DNA of 64,000 nt. Origin: Alphaproteobacteria bacterium (GTDB lineage: Bacteria; Pseudomonadota; Alphaproteobacteria; UBA7985). Numbering within the stretch: position 1 is the stretch's first letter; the number at the start of each line of letters is the position of its first letter. Below are positions 37,721-47,329 of the stretch, piece after piece. A program made the translations under genes and the position numbers. The notes under the pieces are model-generated. The model was not told the DNA's origin. It saw only the letters and a list, made by a program, of their open reading frames with translations, and did not search any database. The stretch is from the NCBI GenBank assembly GCA_965658725.1, contig CBFHUI010000004.1:2825-66824 (forward strand), written 5' to 3'.

Positions 37721-38188
37721 TTAAGAACGTTCCTTCGTCTCATTCGGCGCAAAGTCATAATGCATTAACACTGCGTGCTGCAAATCACCATTTGCCATTC
37801 TATAGTAATTTTTGCGTATACCAGAAATGCTAAAGCCTAAAGACGAATACAGTGAAATAGCAGACTCATTATTCGCTGCAACTTCAAGGAAGCACTTCTC
37901 AACACCTTCGATTTTATCAAGTGTTTGTTCAAATATCATTTTTGCAATCCCTCGACGTCTGTAGTCAGGAGCCACACAGATCGTGGAGACTTCGATTTCT
38001 GGGATGACAGTATTGTAAAGAATAAAACCCGCTAAAGCGTTGCTGTCTTCAATCCAGCCGTACGCACTATAGGTTGGCAGGGCCAAAAAAGTCTGAAAGT
38101 CCTTCTCTCGCCATGGGGTGTCAAAACACAGTTGATGCACCGTTGCCATCGCGGCAGCATGAACGAAGCCCAAGCGTTCGACACTCAT
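37721..38188 (-). CDS. rimI: RimI-like GNAT acetyltransferase
   Basis: CF..PW, V.PDYRRRGIA, FLEVAANNESAISLY..LGF...G.RKNYY; directly downstream of tsaB. Confidence 0.8.
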   Translation of the reverse strand: MSVERLGFVHAAAMATVHQLCFDTPWREKDFQTFLALPTYSAYGWIEDSNALAGFILYNTVIPEIEVSTICVAPDYRRRGIAKMIFEQTLDKIEGVEKCFLEVAANNESAISLYSSLGFSISGIRKNYYRMANGDLQHAVLMHYDFAPNETKERS

Positions 38189-38823
38189 GGGGATAACTTT
38201 TGGCCGATTTCCGGCGCTCTCAAGTAAATCGGAGAAGATTTGTCCTGTGATTCAATCAGGTAGGCGGCTGAAACGTCAGGCTTTGACAAGGCTTGCGCGA
38301 CAATTGCCATGTTAGGTTCGTGCTGGGTGGCGTTTGGAAGGATCTTGCCGGCGGCTGAACCGATGAGCTGCCGGAATGGTCCCTTGGCTTGAACCTCTTC
38401 GACCGAGTAGACCCCGTCGCGCAAAAGAAGGGAGACACCGTCCTTGGCATAGGCGCGAACAAAGACTTCAGCGCGGCGGGACTCAACGGTGATGCACAGC
38501 CCGTCGGTCTCACCCGCTTCGGCGGCGTAGACGTCAAAGGCGTTGACCCCATAAAACGTCGCGCCTGTCGCCCGTGCCAAGCCCAAACCTACGGAAATCC
38601 CGAGCCGAATGCCGGTAAAGCCGCCCGGGCCGAGCGTGCAGGCAACGCGGTTCAACGAGCCAGCATCCTGATCTGCCGAAGCCAGCAAGTCATGGAGCGC
38701 CGGCACCAGCCGTGCAGGTTGTCCACGGTCCATGGTTTCGCGTATCGTGCCCAGCGCTTCACCGTCTTTGAACAGCGCGGCACTCAGGCCCTGGCCCGCG
38801 CACTCGAAGGCCAGTGCGAGCAT
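38185..38823 (-). CDS. tsaB: t6A biosynthesis protein TsaB
   Basis: MLALAFE, GPGGFTGIRLG, SRRAEVF, PIYLRAP. Confidence 0.88.
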   Translation of the reverse strand: MLALAFECAGQGLSAALFKDGEALGTIRETMDRGQPARLVPALHDLLASADQDAGSLNRVACTLGPGGFTGIRLGISVGLGLARATGATFYGVNAFDVYAAEAGETDGLCITVESRRAEVFVRAYAKDGVSLLLRDGVYSVEEVQAKGPFRQLIGSAAGKILPNATQHEPNMAIVAQALSKPDVSAAYLIESQDKSSPIYLRAPEIGQKLSP

Positions 38824-38824
38824 G

Positions 38825-40150
38825 TTAGAGGTAGAGGTTCATCGGCTGACCGCTGGACAACCGCGCGCGGTCAAAGTCGGTCAGACGGTTGTCGTTCACC
38901 AGCGTGTTGAGCGTTGCCGCGTAGTATGTCGGATCTTCGCTGTAGCGGTTGAGATGCGGGATCAAATCCCGCGCTGATGCCATCCGACCCGCTCGACGCA
39001 GGCCAGCGCGTGCTTTGCGCATTTCGAGATAAGCACTGTTAGTGTTCAGGTTCATCGCGTAGCTGCGGATCGACTCTTCTAGCGAGGTGAAAGTGCGGAC
39101 GCGGTGGTTCTGGTCTGCATCGCGGTCGGACGGGGTCATGCCCGGTTGGCTGGAATCCCAGACCCGCTGCCCGAACAGGGCGTTGCCTTGCTGCACATAC
39201 CGCGAAGTACCCCAGCCACTTTCCAGACCCGCCTGTGCGAGAATTAGGCTCACTGGCAGGACATCGACGCGCTGGAGGAGGTTGGTCGTGTTGCTCTGAA
39301 TATCGTATTTCGCCGCGATGGTGCGCACGGATGCAGGGGCGTTGGTGATCGGGCCGCTGTAGCCGCTGCGCTCGATGGTCGCGCGCTCGGCCGCGATTTC
39401 AGCGTTCACTTTGATCGAAAGGGGCAGCAACAGCCGGAGGAACACGTCTTTGTTCATCGGTACGCTGTTGTTCATGTCGTTCGGTAGCTTGCGCGCGAAG
39501 ACCGGCGGAACCGGCGCGCCGCGTCGCATGGTGTCGAGCAGGTAGCCGTTCTGGTCGAAGAACCGGCCAACGCCTTCCAAACCACCGGGAACCGACTTGG
39601 AGACGGCGTTGGAGGAGGGAGCCAGGGGCGCGAGCGCGCGCTGCGGGTTGACCTGCGGCGCGCGGGTCGGAACGAACTGCCCACCCATCGGGGTTGCGGC
39701 GGAGAGATCGAAGGACTGGCCGTTGCTGACAACAGTGGTGCTGGCCCGCTGCGGAGCCGCGGCAACTTGCGCCTGACGCTCGGCCTCAGCCTTAGCCGCC
39801 TTTTCCGCTTCGCGCTCAGCGCGTTCGTCGGATCCGGTGACCTGTGGCAGCCATTCGTTGACGATGTAGTTGAAGGTATCACCAGTGATCTCAAAGCCTT
39901 CACCGTCTACCTTGATCGCGCGCTCTTCATCGAAGGAAAAACGCTCGCTCACCTGATCAGGGAAGGCCTCTACCCGGCCTTCAAACGCCTTCATGCCCTC
40001 AGCAACGCGCGTCGGCGCGCTGGCGAGGTCAAAGGTGCTGCCGGGGCTCAGTTCTTCATCATCGATGGTCGTGGTGGACGAACAGGCACCAAAGGCCAGA
40101 AGCAGCAGGCAAGCTGAAAGAGGGGTCGAGCGACGAAGGCGGCCGGTCAA
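38825..40150 (-). CDS. Lipoprotein with C-terminal Bax-like glucosaminidase (GH73-like) domain
   Basis: GAGGA SD then TTG at 40150; LLLLAFGAC lipobox-like; LAQAGLESGWGTSRY..GNALFGQ, SYAMNLNTNSAY. Confidence 0.75.
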   Translation of the reverse strand: MTGRLRRSTPLSACLLLLAFGACSSTTTIDDEELSPGSTFDLASAPTRVAEGMKAFEGRVEAFPDQVSERFSFDEERAIKVDGEGFEITGDTFNYIVNEWLPQVTGSDERAEREAEKAAKAEAERQAQVAAAPQRASTTVVSNGQSFDLSAATPMGGQFVPTRAPQVNPQRALAPLAPSSNAVSKSVPGGLEGVGRFFDQNGYLLDTMRRGAPVPPVFARKLPNDMNNSVPMNKDVFLRLLLPLSIKVNAEIAAERATIERSGYSGPITNAPASVRTIAAKYDIQSNTTNLLQRVDVLPVSLILAQAGLESGWGTSRYVQQGNALFGQRVWDSSQPGMTPSDRDADQNHRVRTFTSLEESIRSYAMNLNTNSAYLEMRKARAGLRRAGRMASARDLIPHLNRYSEDPTYYAATLNTLVNDNRLTDFDRARLSSGQPMNLYL

Positions 40151-40298
40151 AGGAATATCCTCACAGAAAAAATACGGGCTTGAAACGCCACGCCTGCTTA
40201 ATGGGTTCGCCTGCCGAATCCCACGCAAATACGGCGGTTTGAGGATTATGTGACTATGCAGACCCCGTGACCCCCGATGAGGGTCGCATTAAGCTCCA

Positions 40299-40844
40299 TT
40301 ATACGGGCGCGACTTCGCGAACCTCTGGCACATAATGCTTCAGCATGTTTTCGATTCCCATCTTCAGCGTCGCGGTCGAGGATGGGCAGCCAGCGCAGGC
40401 GCCGCGCATGTGCAGGTAGACCACACCTTCCTTGAACTCATGGAAGACGATATCGCCGCCGTCCATGGCCACGGCGGGCCGCACGCGGGTGTCGAGCAGG
40501 TTTTTGATCTGCGTCACAACCTCACTGTCTTCTTCACCGGACTCTTCGGTCGCGCCATCGTCACGCATCACAGGACGGCCAGCGGTAAAGTGCTCCATGA
40601 TCAGGCCGAGGATAGAAGGCTTGATGAGGAACCATTCGCGGTCGTCGCTTTTGTGGATCGTGATGAAGTCCGAGCCGAGGAACACGCCGGTCACGCCCTC
40701 AACTTCGAACAGCCGTTCGGCCAGCGGCGAGACCGCTGCTTGCTCGGGCGTGTCGAAGTGCGCGGAGCCTTCGCTGAGAACCGTCAGGCCCGGAAGGAAC
40801 TTCAGGGTCGCTGGGTTAGGCGTGGATTCAGTCTGGATAAACAT
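40299..40844 (-). CDS. NifU/NfuA-family Fe-S carrier
   Basis: MFIQTESTPNPATLKFLPG; RVRPAVAMDGGDI; GACAGCPSS. Confidence 0.93.
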   Translation of the reverse strand: MFIQTESTPNPATLKFLPGLTVLSEGSAHFDTPEQAAVSPLAERLFEVEGVTGVFLGSDFITIHKSDDREWFLIKPSILGLIMEHFTAGRPVMRDDGATEESGEEDSEVVTQIKNLLDTRVRPAVAMDGGDIVFHEFKEGVVYLHMRGACAGCPSSTATLKMGIENMLKHYVPEVREVAPV

Positions 40845-41108
40845 GGAAGTCGTCCTGTCTTGTCGTGCCACTAACATGCGGATCAGGACGCAAGAGATCA
40901 AGTCGGCGCGACGTTATGCTGGGGCGCGGCTACGGGATGGCACGAAGAGCGGCTGGTTTTCGCGCATCAAGATCGCAAAGATTTGATAGTTTTCGTTACA
41001 AGGAGTCGTGAATGCGCCATATTAAGCGCTCACTTTTCAGTCTAAACACAGGCAGTATTCCCGGTACGCTCCGACGCACACCCGCCAGAGCAACTGTTTG
41101 AAAAATAT

Positions 41109-41735
41109 ATGAGAATCCAGATGCACCGTCGTCCCGCTTTCCTCTCCCTCCTCCTTTCCGCCTTTGCGCTGAGCCTTGCCGTGCCGTTGCAGGCACAGGC
41201 GCAGACGACGCAGGAGCAGGTGACGGCCTTCCTCAATCAGGTCGAGTCCCAGATCGAGCGCATTACCACTGCGCAAGGGCGTTTTATGCAGATTTCGGAT
41301 TCAGGGCAGATCGTGCGCGGCGATATCTACATCGCCCGCCCCCGTCGGATGCGCTTTGACTATGACGAACCGTCCCCGGCGTTGCTGGTCGCGGATGGCC
41401 GGTTCATTGGCACCTACAACACTAAAGATGAGACCTCTGCCCACCGGCAAATCAACCAGACGCCGTTGAAATTCCTGCTCAACGAAGACCCCAACCTCGC
41501 CAACGGGGTGAAGGTGCTGAAGATCGAGCGGGTGGCCGAGTCTGTGCTGGTGACGATTCAGGATCGGCGCAACCCGAACCAAGGGCAGCTCATCCTTGTG
41601 CTGGACACGCGGACTCTGGAGTTGCGCGCCTGGCAGGTTATCGACGACAAGGGGGAACGAACGACGGTGCGGCTTGAGTCCATGACTTACGGTGTACCGC
41701 TCGCCAACACCCTGTTTGAGCGTCCTACCTTCTGA
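41109..41735 (+). CDS. lolA: Outer-membrane lipoprotein carrier LolA
   Basis: Signal peptide; F.Q...G....G...I.RP.RMRFDY..PSP.LLVADG; TPLKFLL. Confidence 0.85.
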   Translation: MRIQMHRRPAFLSLLLSAFALSLAVPLQAQAQTTQEQVTAFLNQVESQIERITTAQGRFMQISDSGQIVRGDIYIARPRRMRFDYDEPSPALLVADGRFIGTYNTKDETSAHRQINQTPLKFLLNEDPNLANGVKVLKIERVAESVLVTIQDRRNPNQGQLILVLDTRTLELRAWQVIDDKGERTTVRLESMTYGVPLANTLFERPTF

Positions 41736-42487
41736 TGACAAAAGCCCCCGTGATCGGGGTCATGACGTGCGCCCGACCCAAGCACGAGAAGACCCCGGAG
41801 TATCTGGAACTGGCCGTGGGCCAGAAGTACATGCAGCCCCTTCTCGACCGGGGTGCGCTTCCCTTTCCGGTGCCGAATTTTGGCGAGAAAACCCCCTTTG
41901 ATGCGCTGGTGGCGCAGATCGACGGGCTGCTGCTGACTGGTTCGCTGAGCAACGTTCACCCGGACCGCTACGATGGCGAACTGGGGCCGCAAAGCCTGCC
42001 GCTCGACCCGCATCGGGACGCCTGCACCTGGGGCCTGCTCGATCGCTGTATCGCGCAGGGCAAGCCGGTGTTTGCGCTGTGTCGCGGGTTTCAGGAGCTC
42101 AACGTCTATGCCGGGGGCAGTTTGGATCAGAGCGTGCATGACGTGCCGGGCCGCATCGACCACCGCTCCCCCACCTCTCACGTGCCGGAGATCAAGTACG
42201 GCGCGTGGCAGCAGGTCACGGTCACACCGGGCGGCATTTTGGCCGGAGTGCTGCAGTCTGATGCGCCTATCGTTATCAACTCCCTGCACCTGCAGGGCGT
42301 GAACCGTTTGGGTGAGGGCGTGACGGTGGAGGCAACGGCGACCGACGGGCTGGTCGAAGCACTGTCGATCGACCGGGCGAAGGCCTTTTGTCTGGGCGTG
42401 CAGTGGCATCCCGAAGCCATCCCCGACAACCCTGTCAGCGTCGCGCTTTTCGACGCCTTTGTGGACGCCTGCCGAGCGCAGGGCTAG
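41735..42487 (+). CDS. Gamma-glutamyl-GABA hydrolase-like class I glutamine amidotransferase (peptidase C26)
   Basis: DGLLLTGSLSNVHP, RD, FALCRGFQELNV, NSLHLQGV, GVQWHPE. Confidence 0.9.
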   Translation: MTKAPVIGVMTCARPKHEKTPEYLELAVGQKYMQPLLDRGALPFPVPNFGEKTPFDALVAQIDGLLLTGSLSNVHPDRYDGELGPQSLPLDPHRDACTWGLLDRCIAQGKPVFALCRGFQELNVYAGGSLDQSVHDVPGRIDHRSPTSHVPEIKYGAWQQVTVTPGGILAGVLQSDAPIVINSLHLQGVNRLGEGVTVEATATDGLVEALSIDRAKAFCLGVQWHPEAIPDNPVSVALFDAFVDACRAQG

Positions 42488-42496
42488 AGTCGCGCC

Positions 42497-43291
42497 ATGA
42501 GAATTGTGACTTGGAATGTTAACGGCCTTCGCGCGCGTGCCGAGCACGTGACCAAGGTCATCGACGCGCTGCAACCTGACGTCCTGATGATGCAGGAAAT
42601 CAAAATGGACGCCGCGATTTTTCCCCACGACGACCTCGCCGCAGCGGGCTTGCCGCATGCGACCGCGCATGGGTTCAAGGGCAAGCACGGCGTCGCCATC
42701 GCGTCCCGCGTTGCGTTGAGCGATATTGATAAGTCAGTCATTGGCGGCATCGACGACGGGCGCCACGTCTCTGCGACCATCGCGACCAGCGGTGGCGACC
42801 TGCGGCTGTCGAGCCTCTATGTGCCGTCGGGTGGGGACAAGCCGGATGTCGAGATCAACGACAAGTTCGCGCACAAAATGGCCTTTATGGAAGAGATGAA
42901 GACTTTCTTCGCCGGTGACAGCTTCCACGTGGCGGGCGGTGACCTGAACATCGCGCCGGGCGAAGAAGATGTTCACGACCACAAGAAGTGTCGTCGTCTG
43001 GTCGGGCACTCCGACGGTGAGCGCGCGATTATGGCAGAGGCCATCGACGCGGGGCAGTGGCTCGACACCGGTCGCCATCTGCAGCCTGAAGGGCCGCTAT
43101 TTTCCTGGTGGGGCTACCGGTTTCCGCCAGCGTTTGAACGGAACCTTGGCTGGCGGCTGGATCACCTTTGGCTCAAGAAAAGCCATGCCAGCAAGATCAA
43201 GGGCGGCTCGGTCTATCGTGACAGCCGAGGGTGGGAAAAGCCTTCGGACCACGCGCCGGTGATCCTCGATCTCGACGTCACGGTCGGCTGA
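42497..43291 (+). CDS. xth: Exodeoxyribonuclease III
   Basis: TWNVNGLRAR, QEIK, YVPSG, GDLNIAP, FSWW, RLDHLW, SDHAPV. Confidence 0.92.
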   Translation: MRIVTWNVNGLRARAEHVTKVIDALQPDVLMMQEIKMDAAIFPHDDLAAAGLPHATAHGFKGKHGVAIASRVALSDIDKSVIGGIDDGRHVSATIATSGGDLRLSSLYVPSGGDKPDVEINDKFAHKMAFMEEMKTFFAGDSFHVAGGDLNIAPGEEDVHDHKKCRRLVGHSDGERAIMAEAIDAGQWLDTGRHLQPEGPLFSWWGYRFPPAFERNLGWRLDHLWLKKSHASKIKGGSVYRDSRGWEKPSDHAPVILDLDVTVG

Positions 43292-43292
43292 G

Positions 43293-43826
43293 ATGTCAGA
43301 ACAGCTCGCCCGATACGCCGGACGCGCTTGGATCGGTGATGCCGTTCTGGGCGGGATCGGCGCGGGCCTGCTGGGACTTTGGACGCTGGTGCTGCTGCCG
43401 GGTTTCTGGGCGGTTCTTCCGGGGATGGGATTGGTTGGGAGCCTCTATCTCATCGGTCGGGCGCTGTGGCTGAAAACGCTGACCTATGCATTCGACGAAG
43501 ACGCGGGAAGGCTCACCCGGCGCGCGGCTTTCGTGGCGGAGCGGCGCGTGGATTTGAGCGCGCTAACCCGCGCTGACCTGCACTATCTGGGGACTTTGCT
43601 GCGGGGGGCGCGGGGGAAAAGCGGGCTGTTCGTCCTACACGTTGCTGACGCCAATGCGTCCCTGCGGATCGAGAGCAAGGTTGAGGGCTTCCACGCCCTC
43701 ACTTCTGCCGCGTTGCGGTCTTTTATCGAAGCCGGGAATTCGATCTCGCTGGCGACTTACGACAATGCTGACGCCATCGAGGTCGACGTGGGTCTGAAGA
43801 CCGAGATGATCTCTCGGCCTGTCTGA
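43293..43826 (+). CDS. Hypothetical membrane protein (2 N-terminal TM)
   Basis: 177 aa ORF starting 1 nt after xth; two hydrophobic helices then a soluble domain. Confidence 0.65.
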   Translation: MSEQLARYAGRAWIGDAVLGGIGAGLLGLWTLVLLPGFWAVLPGMGLVGSLYLIGRALWLKTLTYAFDEDAGRLTRRAAFVAERRVDLSALTRADLHYLGTLLRGARGKSGLFVLHVADANASLRIESKVEGFHALTSAALRSFIEAGNSISLATYDNADAIEVDVGLKTEMISRPV

Positions 43827-43841
43827 CCCACCCGCATTTTC

Positions 43842-44549
43842 TTACATGGCGAGGCGGTAGCCGCCGGGTTCCGTCACCAGGATGGAGTTCTGCTGCGGGT
43901 CCGGCTCGATCTTCTGCCGCAGACGATAGACGTGGGTTTCCAACGTGTGCGTGTTCACACCCGCGTTGTAGCCCCAAACTTCGTCGAGCAGCGTATCCCG
44001 CGACACCACCTTGCCGCCCGCGCGGTAAAGAAACTTCAGGATCGCCGTTTCCTTTTCGGTCAGGCGGATCTTGCGGTCGTTCTCGTTGTTGGTGAGCATT
44101 TTTGCAGCCGGGTGGAAACCGTAAGGCCCGACGTTAAACACCGCATCATCGGATTGCTCGTGCGTGCGCAGCTGGGCGCGCAGGCGGGCCATGAAGACGT
44201 TGAAGCGGAAGGGCTTAGTGATGTAGTCGTTCGCGCCCGCATCAAGCCCAAGAATGGCGTCCGCGTCACTGTCTTGCCCGGTCAGCATGATGATCGGCGC
44301 CTTCAGCCCCCGACGGCGCATCAGCTTGCACAGGTCGCGCCCATCCATGTCCGGCAGGCCCACGTCGAGGACGATGGCGTCGAAGTGGTCGGCGTCTGCG
44401 AGCTTCATGGCTTCCGAGCCGTTCTCTGCCTCGCTCACCGCATACTCTTCATGGAACCCCAGTTGCTCGGCGAGGGTCTCCCGCAAGGTCGGGTCGTCAT
44501 CGACCAGCAGGATGCGGCGGCGGTTGGCGTCGTGGCTGAGGCTTGTCAT
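43842..44549 (-). CDS. cenR: OmpR-family response regulator, CenR/OtpR-like
   Basis: ILLVDDD..LRETLAEQL..HEEY, LDVGLPDMDGR, GANDYITKPF, KIRLTEKETAILKFLYRAG, THTLETHVYRLRQKIE; lolA-xth neighbourhood. Confidence 0.72.
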   Translation of the reverse strand: MTSLSHDANRRRILLVDDDPTLRETLAEQLGFHEEYAVSEAENGSEAMKLADADHFDAIVLDVGLPDMDGRDLCKLMRRRGLKAPIIMLTGQDSDADAILGLDAGANDYITKPFRFNVFMARLRAQLRTHEQSDDAVFNVGPYGFHPAAKMLTNNENDRKIRLTEKETAILKFLYRAGGKVVSRDTLLDEVWGYNAGVNTHTLETHVYRLRQKIEPDPQQNSILVTEPGGYRLAM

Positions 44550-44687
44550 CAAAAGGCTCCTTTGAACAGGCGCGTTGGTTCTGGACCTTATGTTAGCCGC
44601 ACACGCAGTCGTGTCATCAGCTCACAGAGCCATGTTGAGACTTTGTGAGGATTTGTCAAATTGACGTGAGGAAGAAAGCGTTTTTAA

Positions 44688-45359
44688 TCAGGGATTTAGC
44701 GGTGGACGCGCGCCAAAGATGGCGCTGCCGACGCGAACGTGAGTGGCGCCTAACTCCACGGCTGTCTGGTAATCACCAGACATCCCCATGGACGCCCACG
44801 GCAAGCCGAGGTCGTCTGACATCCGCTTGAGGAAGGCAAAGTGGCCCGCGGGCGCGTCTTCGACCGGCGGTATACACATGAGCCCTTCGAGCGGCAGGGA
44901 TTCGGCGCGGATCTCGGCAACAAGCGCTTCGACATCATTGGGCAGAACGCCCGCTTTCTGCGGCTCTTCGCCTGTGTTCACTTGGACCAGCAGCTTGGGG
45001 CAGCGCCCCAACGCCTGCGCTTCCCGCGCGATGGCTCGGACAAGCTTGGCGCGGTCCACGGTGTGGATGACGTCAAACAGCGCGAGGGCGTCTTTGGTCT
45101 TGTTGCTCTGCAAAGGGCCGATCAGGTGCAGCTCCATGTTGGGCCAGTCGGAGCGCAGGTCGGGGTACTTGCCCTTGCTCTCTTGCACGCGGTTTTCACC
45201 GAAGATCATTTGCCCGGCCTGCAGGGCTTCGATGACGGCTTCTTGCGGCTTTGTCTTGGCAACGGCAATCAGATGCACGTCGTCTGCTGACCGTCCAGCG
45301 CGTTCAGCAAAGCGGTCGATCTGTTCGTGGACGTCGGCGAGGTTTTCGGCGATGGACAT
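44688..45359 (-). CDS. YggS-family PLP homeostasis protein
   Basis: LIAVAKT, FGENRVQE, HLIGPLQSNK, GLMCIPP, SMGMSGDY, VRVGSAIFGAR. Confidence 0.95.
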   Translation of the reverse strand: MSIAENLADVHEQIDRFAERAGRSADDVHLIAVAKTKPQEAVIEALQAGQMIFGENRVQESKGKYPDLRSDWPNMELHLIGPLQSNKTKDALALFDVIHTVDRAKLVRAIAREAQALGRCPKLLVQVNTGEEPQKAGVLPNDVEALVAEIRAESLPLEGLMCIPPVEDAPAGHFAFLKRMSDDLGLPWASMGMSGDYQTAVELGATHVRVGSAIFGARPPLNP

Positions 45360-45362
45360 GGC

Positions 45363-46328
45363 CTAGACCAGCCCTTCGCGCCCAATCGACAGGAACCGCT
45401 GCTCCCGCGAGCGTTTGAGCGCCTGGCCGTCCATGGCGGAAAGCTTCTTCAGCTGCGCTTCAATCGAGTCACCCAGCGCCATGGCGGCTTCGACCGGGTG
45501 ACGGTGCGCGCCGCCTGCGGGTTCGTCTACTATGCCGTCAATGACGCCCAGCCGAAGCAGATCTTGCGCGGTCAGGTTCAACGCCCCGGCCGCGTCCTTG
45601 GCAAACTTGCCGTCGCGCCAGAGGATCGAGGCACAGCCTTCGGGGGAAATCACGGAATAAACCGCGTGCTCGAACATCAGAACGCGGTTCGAAGCCGCCA
45701 GCGCCACTGCGCCGCCAGAGCCGCCTTCGCCGGTGATCACCGCGATCGAAGGCACCTCGAGCCGCAAGCCGGCTTGGATTGAACGGGCAATGGCCTCAGC
45801 CTGTCCGCGCTCTTCCGCGCCTTTGCCCGGATAAGCGCCGGGCGTGTCCACGAAGGACAGAACCGGCAGGTTGAACTGCCCTGCCAACTCCATCAGGCGG
45901 ATCGCTTTGCGGTAGCCCTCGGGCCGACCCATGCCGAAGTTGTGCCTTACCCGCGAGTTCATGTCGTTGCCCTTCTCGTGGCCCATGACCACAACAGGAC
46001 GACCCCGGAACCGCGCCAATCCGCCCAGAATGGCTTGATCGTCGCCGAAGTTCCGGTCACCGGAGAGCGGCTGGTAATCGGAGAGCAGCATTTTCGCCAG
46101 CGCAAGGAACTGCGGCCGGTCGGGGTGGCGGGCGACCTGACATTTCTGCCAGGCATCCAGGTTGCGATAGACTTGGGTCAGGCGTTTAGCGGCCTGCTCG
46201 CGCAGCTTTTCCAGCTCGGTGCTCATATCGCCGCTGCCGTCTTCACCGACGAGCCGGCTCAGCTCCGCAATCTTCGCTTCCAGATCTTTGACTGGCTTTT
46301 CAAATTCCAAGGCCACCGCAGCGGACAT
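45363..46328 (-). CDS. accA: Acetyl-CoA carboxylase carboxyltransferase alpha subunit
   Basis: LEFEKP, QVARHPDRP, NFGMGRPEGYRKA, GEGGSGGA, YSVISPEGCASILW. Confidence 0.97.
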   Translation of the reverse strand: MSAAVALEFEKPVKDLEAKIAELSRLVGEDGSGDMSTELEKLREQAAKRLTQVYRNLDAWQKCQVARHPDRPQFLALAKMLLSDYQPLSGDRNFGDDQAILGGLARFRGRPVVVMGHEKGNDMNSRVRHNFGMGRPEGYRKAIRLMELAGQFNLPVLSFVDTPGAYPGKGAEERGQAEAIARSIQAGLRLEVPSIAVITGEGGSGGAVALAASNRVLMFEHAVYSVISPEGCASILWRDGKFAKDAAGALNLTAQDLLRLGVIDGIVDEPAGGAHRHPVEAAMALGDSIEAQLKKLSAMDGQALKRSREQRFLSIGREGLV

Positions 46329-46357
46329 GCCAGACGTCTCCCGTCTTTGGTTTCCGG

Positions 46358-47329
46358 TTAGTTCAGTTGTGCTAGCCCATCGCCGCCGCTTAACAAACCC
46401 AGATTCAGTGGGTGAGCTGCGCCTACAATGGCCTTCAGACGCTCGTCTAGGATATGGGTGTAGATCTGCGTGGTCGATATATCGGCGTGCCCAAGCAGGG
46501 ATTGCACAGCGCGCAAATCCGCTCCATGGGCCAGCAAATGGCTTGCAAAGGCGTGTCTGAGCACATGGGGAGAAAGGAGCCCTGGATCAACATTGGCCCG
46601 TGCTGCCAGATCTTTCAGCGTCGTACCAAGCTTCTGTCTAGAAAGATGTCCCGCCTTTGACGGTTCTGGAAAGAGGAACAGACTTTCCTTGCCCAGTGGC
46701 AGAAACCCAACCCGGCCGCCTTCGATGTAGCGGGCCAGTGCGCGCTGTGCGGGTTCGCCGACGGGTATCATACGCTCCTTATTACCCTTGCCGCGCACGA
46801 CCAGAAAGCGCGGGTCACGGGCAGCGACAGCGATGGGAAGGCTGACCAATTCCGTCGCGCGCATGCCCGTGGCGTAGAGCAACTCGACCAACGCAAGTGT
46901 GCGCAGAGTGGTGGGCGTGCCGGAGTCGGCGTCTTGCTGCGCGCGGGTCAGCAGCTTGCCGACCTGATCTTCAGAGACCAGCTTGGGCAGCGGCTTGCCG
47001 GTGCGGGGGCCGTCGATGTGGCGGGCGGGGTTGTCTTTGCGCAGACCGTCTTGCTGCAAAAACAGGAAGTATTGCTTCAGCGCCGAGAGCTTGCGCGCGG
47101 CGGTCCTGGCGGACTGACCAGCGTCGAGCAGCCCTGCGAGAAAGGTACGAATGTCCACGGCATCAGCAATGGCAATGTTGCCGCCAGTTTCCGGCCGGGC
47201 GTGGTTCAGGCTCTGGCGAAAGGCATCGAGGTCGCGGCGGTAGGCTTCCAGCGTGTTCCGCGCTGCGCCGCGTTCGCTGCGCAGCATCTCAAAGAACAGA
47301 TCCAGAAAGGGCCCCTCGTTGACTGCCAT
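46358..47329 (-). CDS. xerD: Tyrosine recombinase XerD
   Basis: SERGAARNTLEAYRRDL, LYATGMRATEL, GKGNKER, SPHVLRHAFASHLL.HGADLR.VQ.LLGHADISTTQIYTH. Confidence 0.9.
   Translation of the reverse strand: MAVNEGPFLDLFFEMLRSERGAARNTLEAYRRDLDAFRQSLNHARPETGGNIAIADAVDIRTFLAGLLDAGQSARTAARKLSALKQYFLFLQQDGLRKDNPARHIDGPRTGKPLPKLVSEDQVGKLLTRAQQDADSGTPTTLRTLALVELLYATGMRATELVSLPIAVAARDPRFLVVRGKGNKERMIPVGEPAQRALARYIEGGRVGFLPLGKESLFLFPEPSKAGHLSRQKLGTTLKDLAARANVDPGLLSPHVLRHAFASHLLAHGADLRAVQSLLGHADISTTQIYTHILDERLKAIVGAAHPLNLGLLSGGDGLAQLN

Noticed and set aside
40938-40952. TGGCACG sigma54 -24 element upstream of lolA
   Set aside because: No GC or TTGC at the -12 position (TGGCACGAAGAGCGG)
46358-47329. Tyrosine recombinase as a prophage or island integrase
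   Set aside because: XerD-type motifs in the usual accA-xerD-aroK-aroB core context; no att repeats, tRNA or cargo genes
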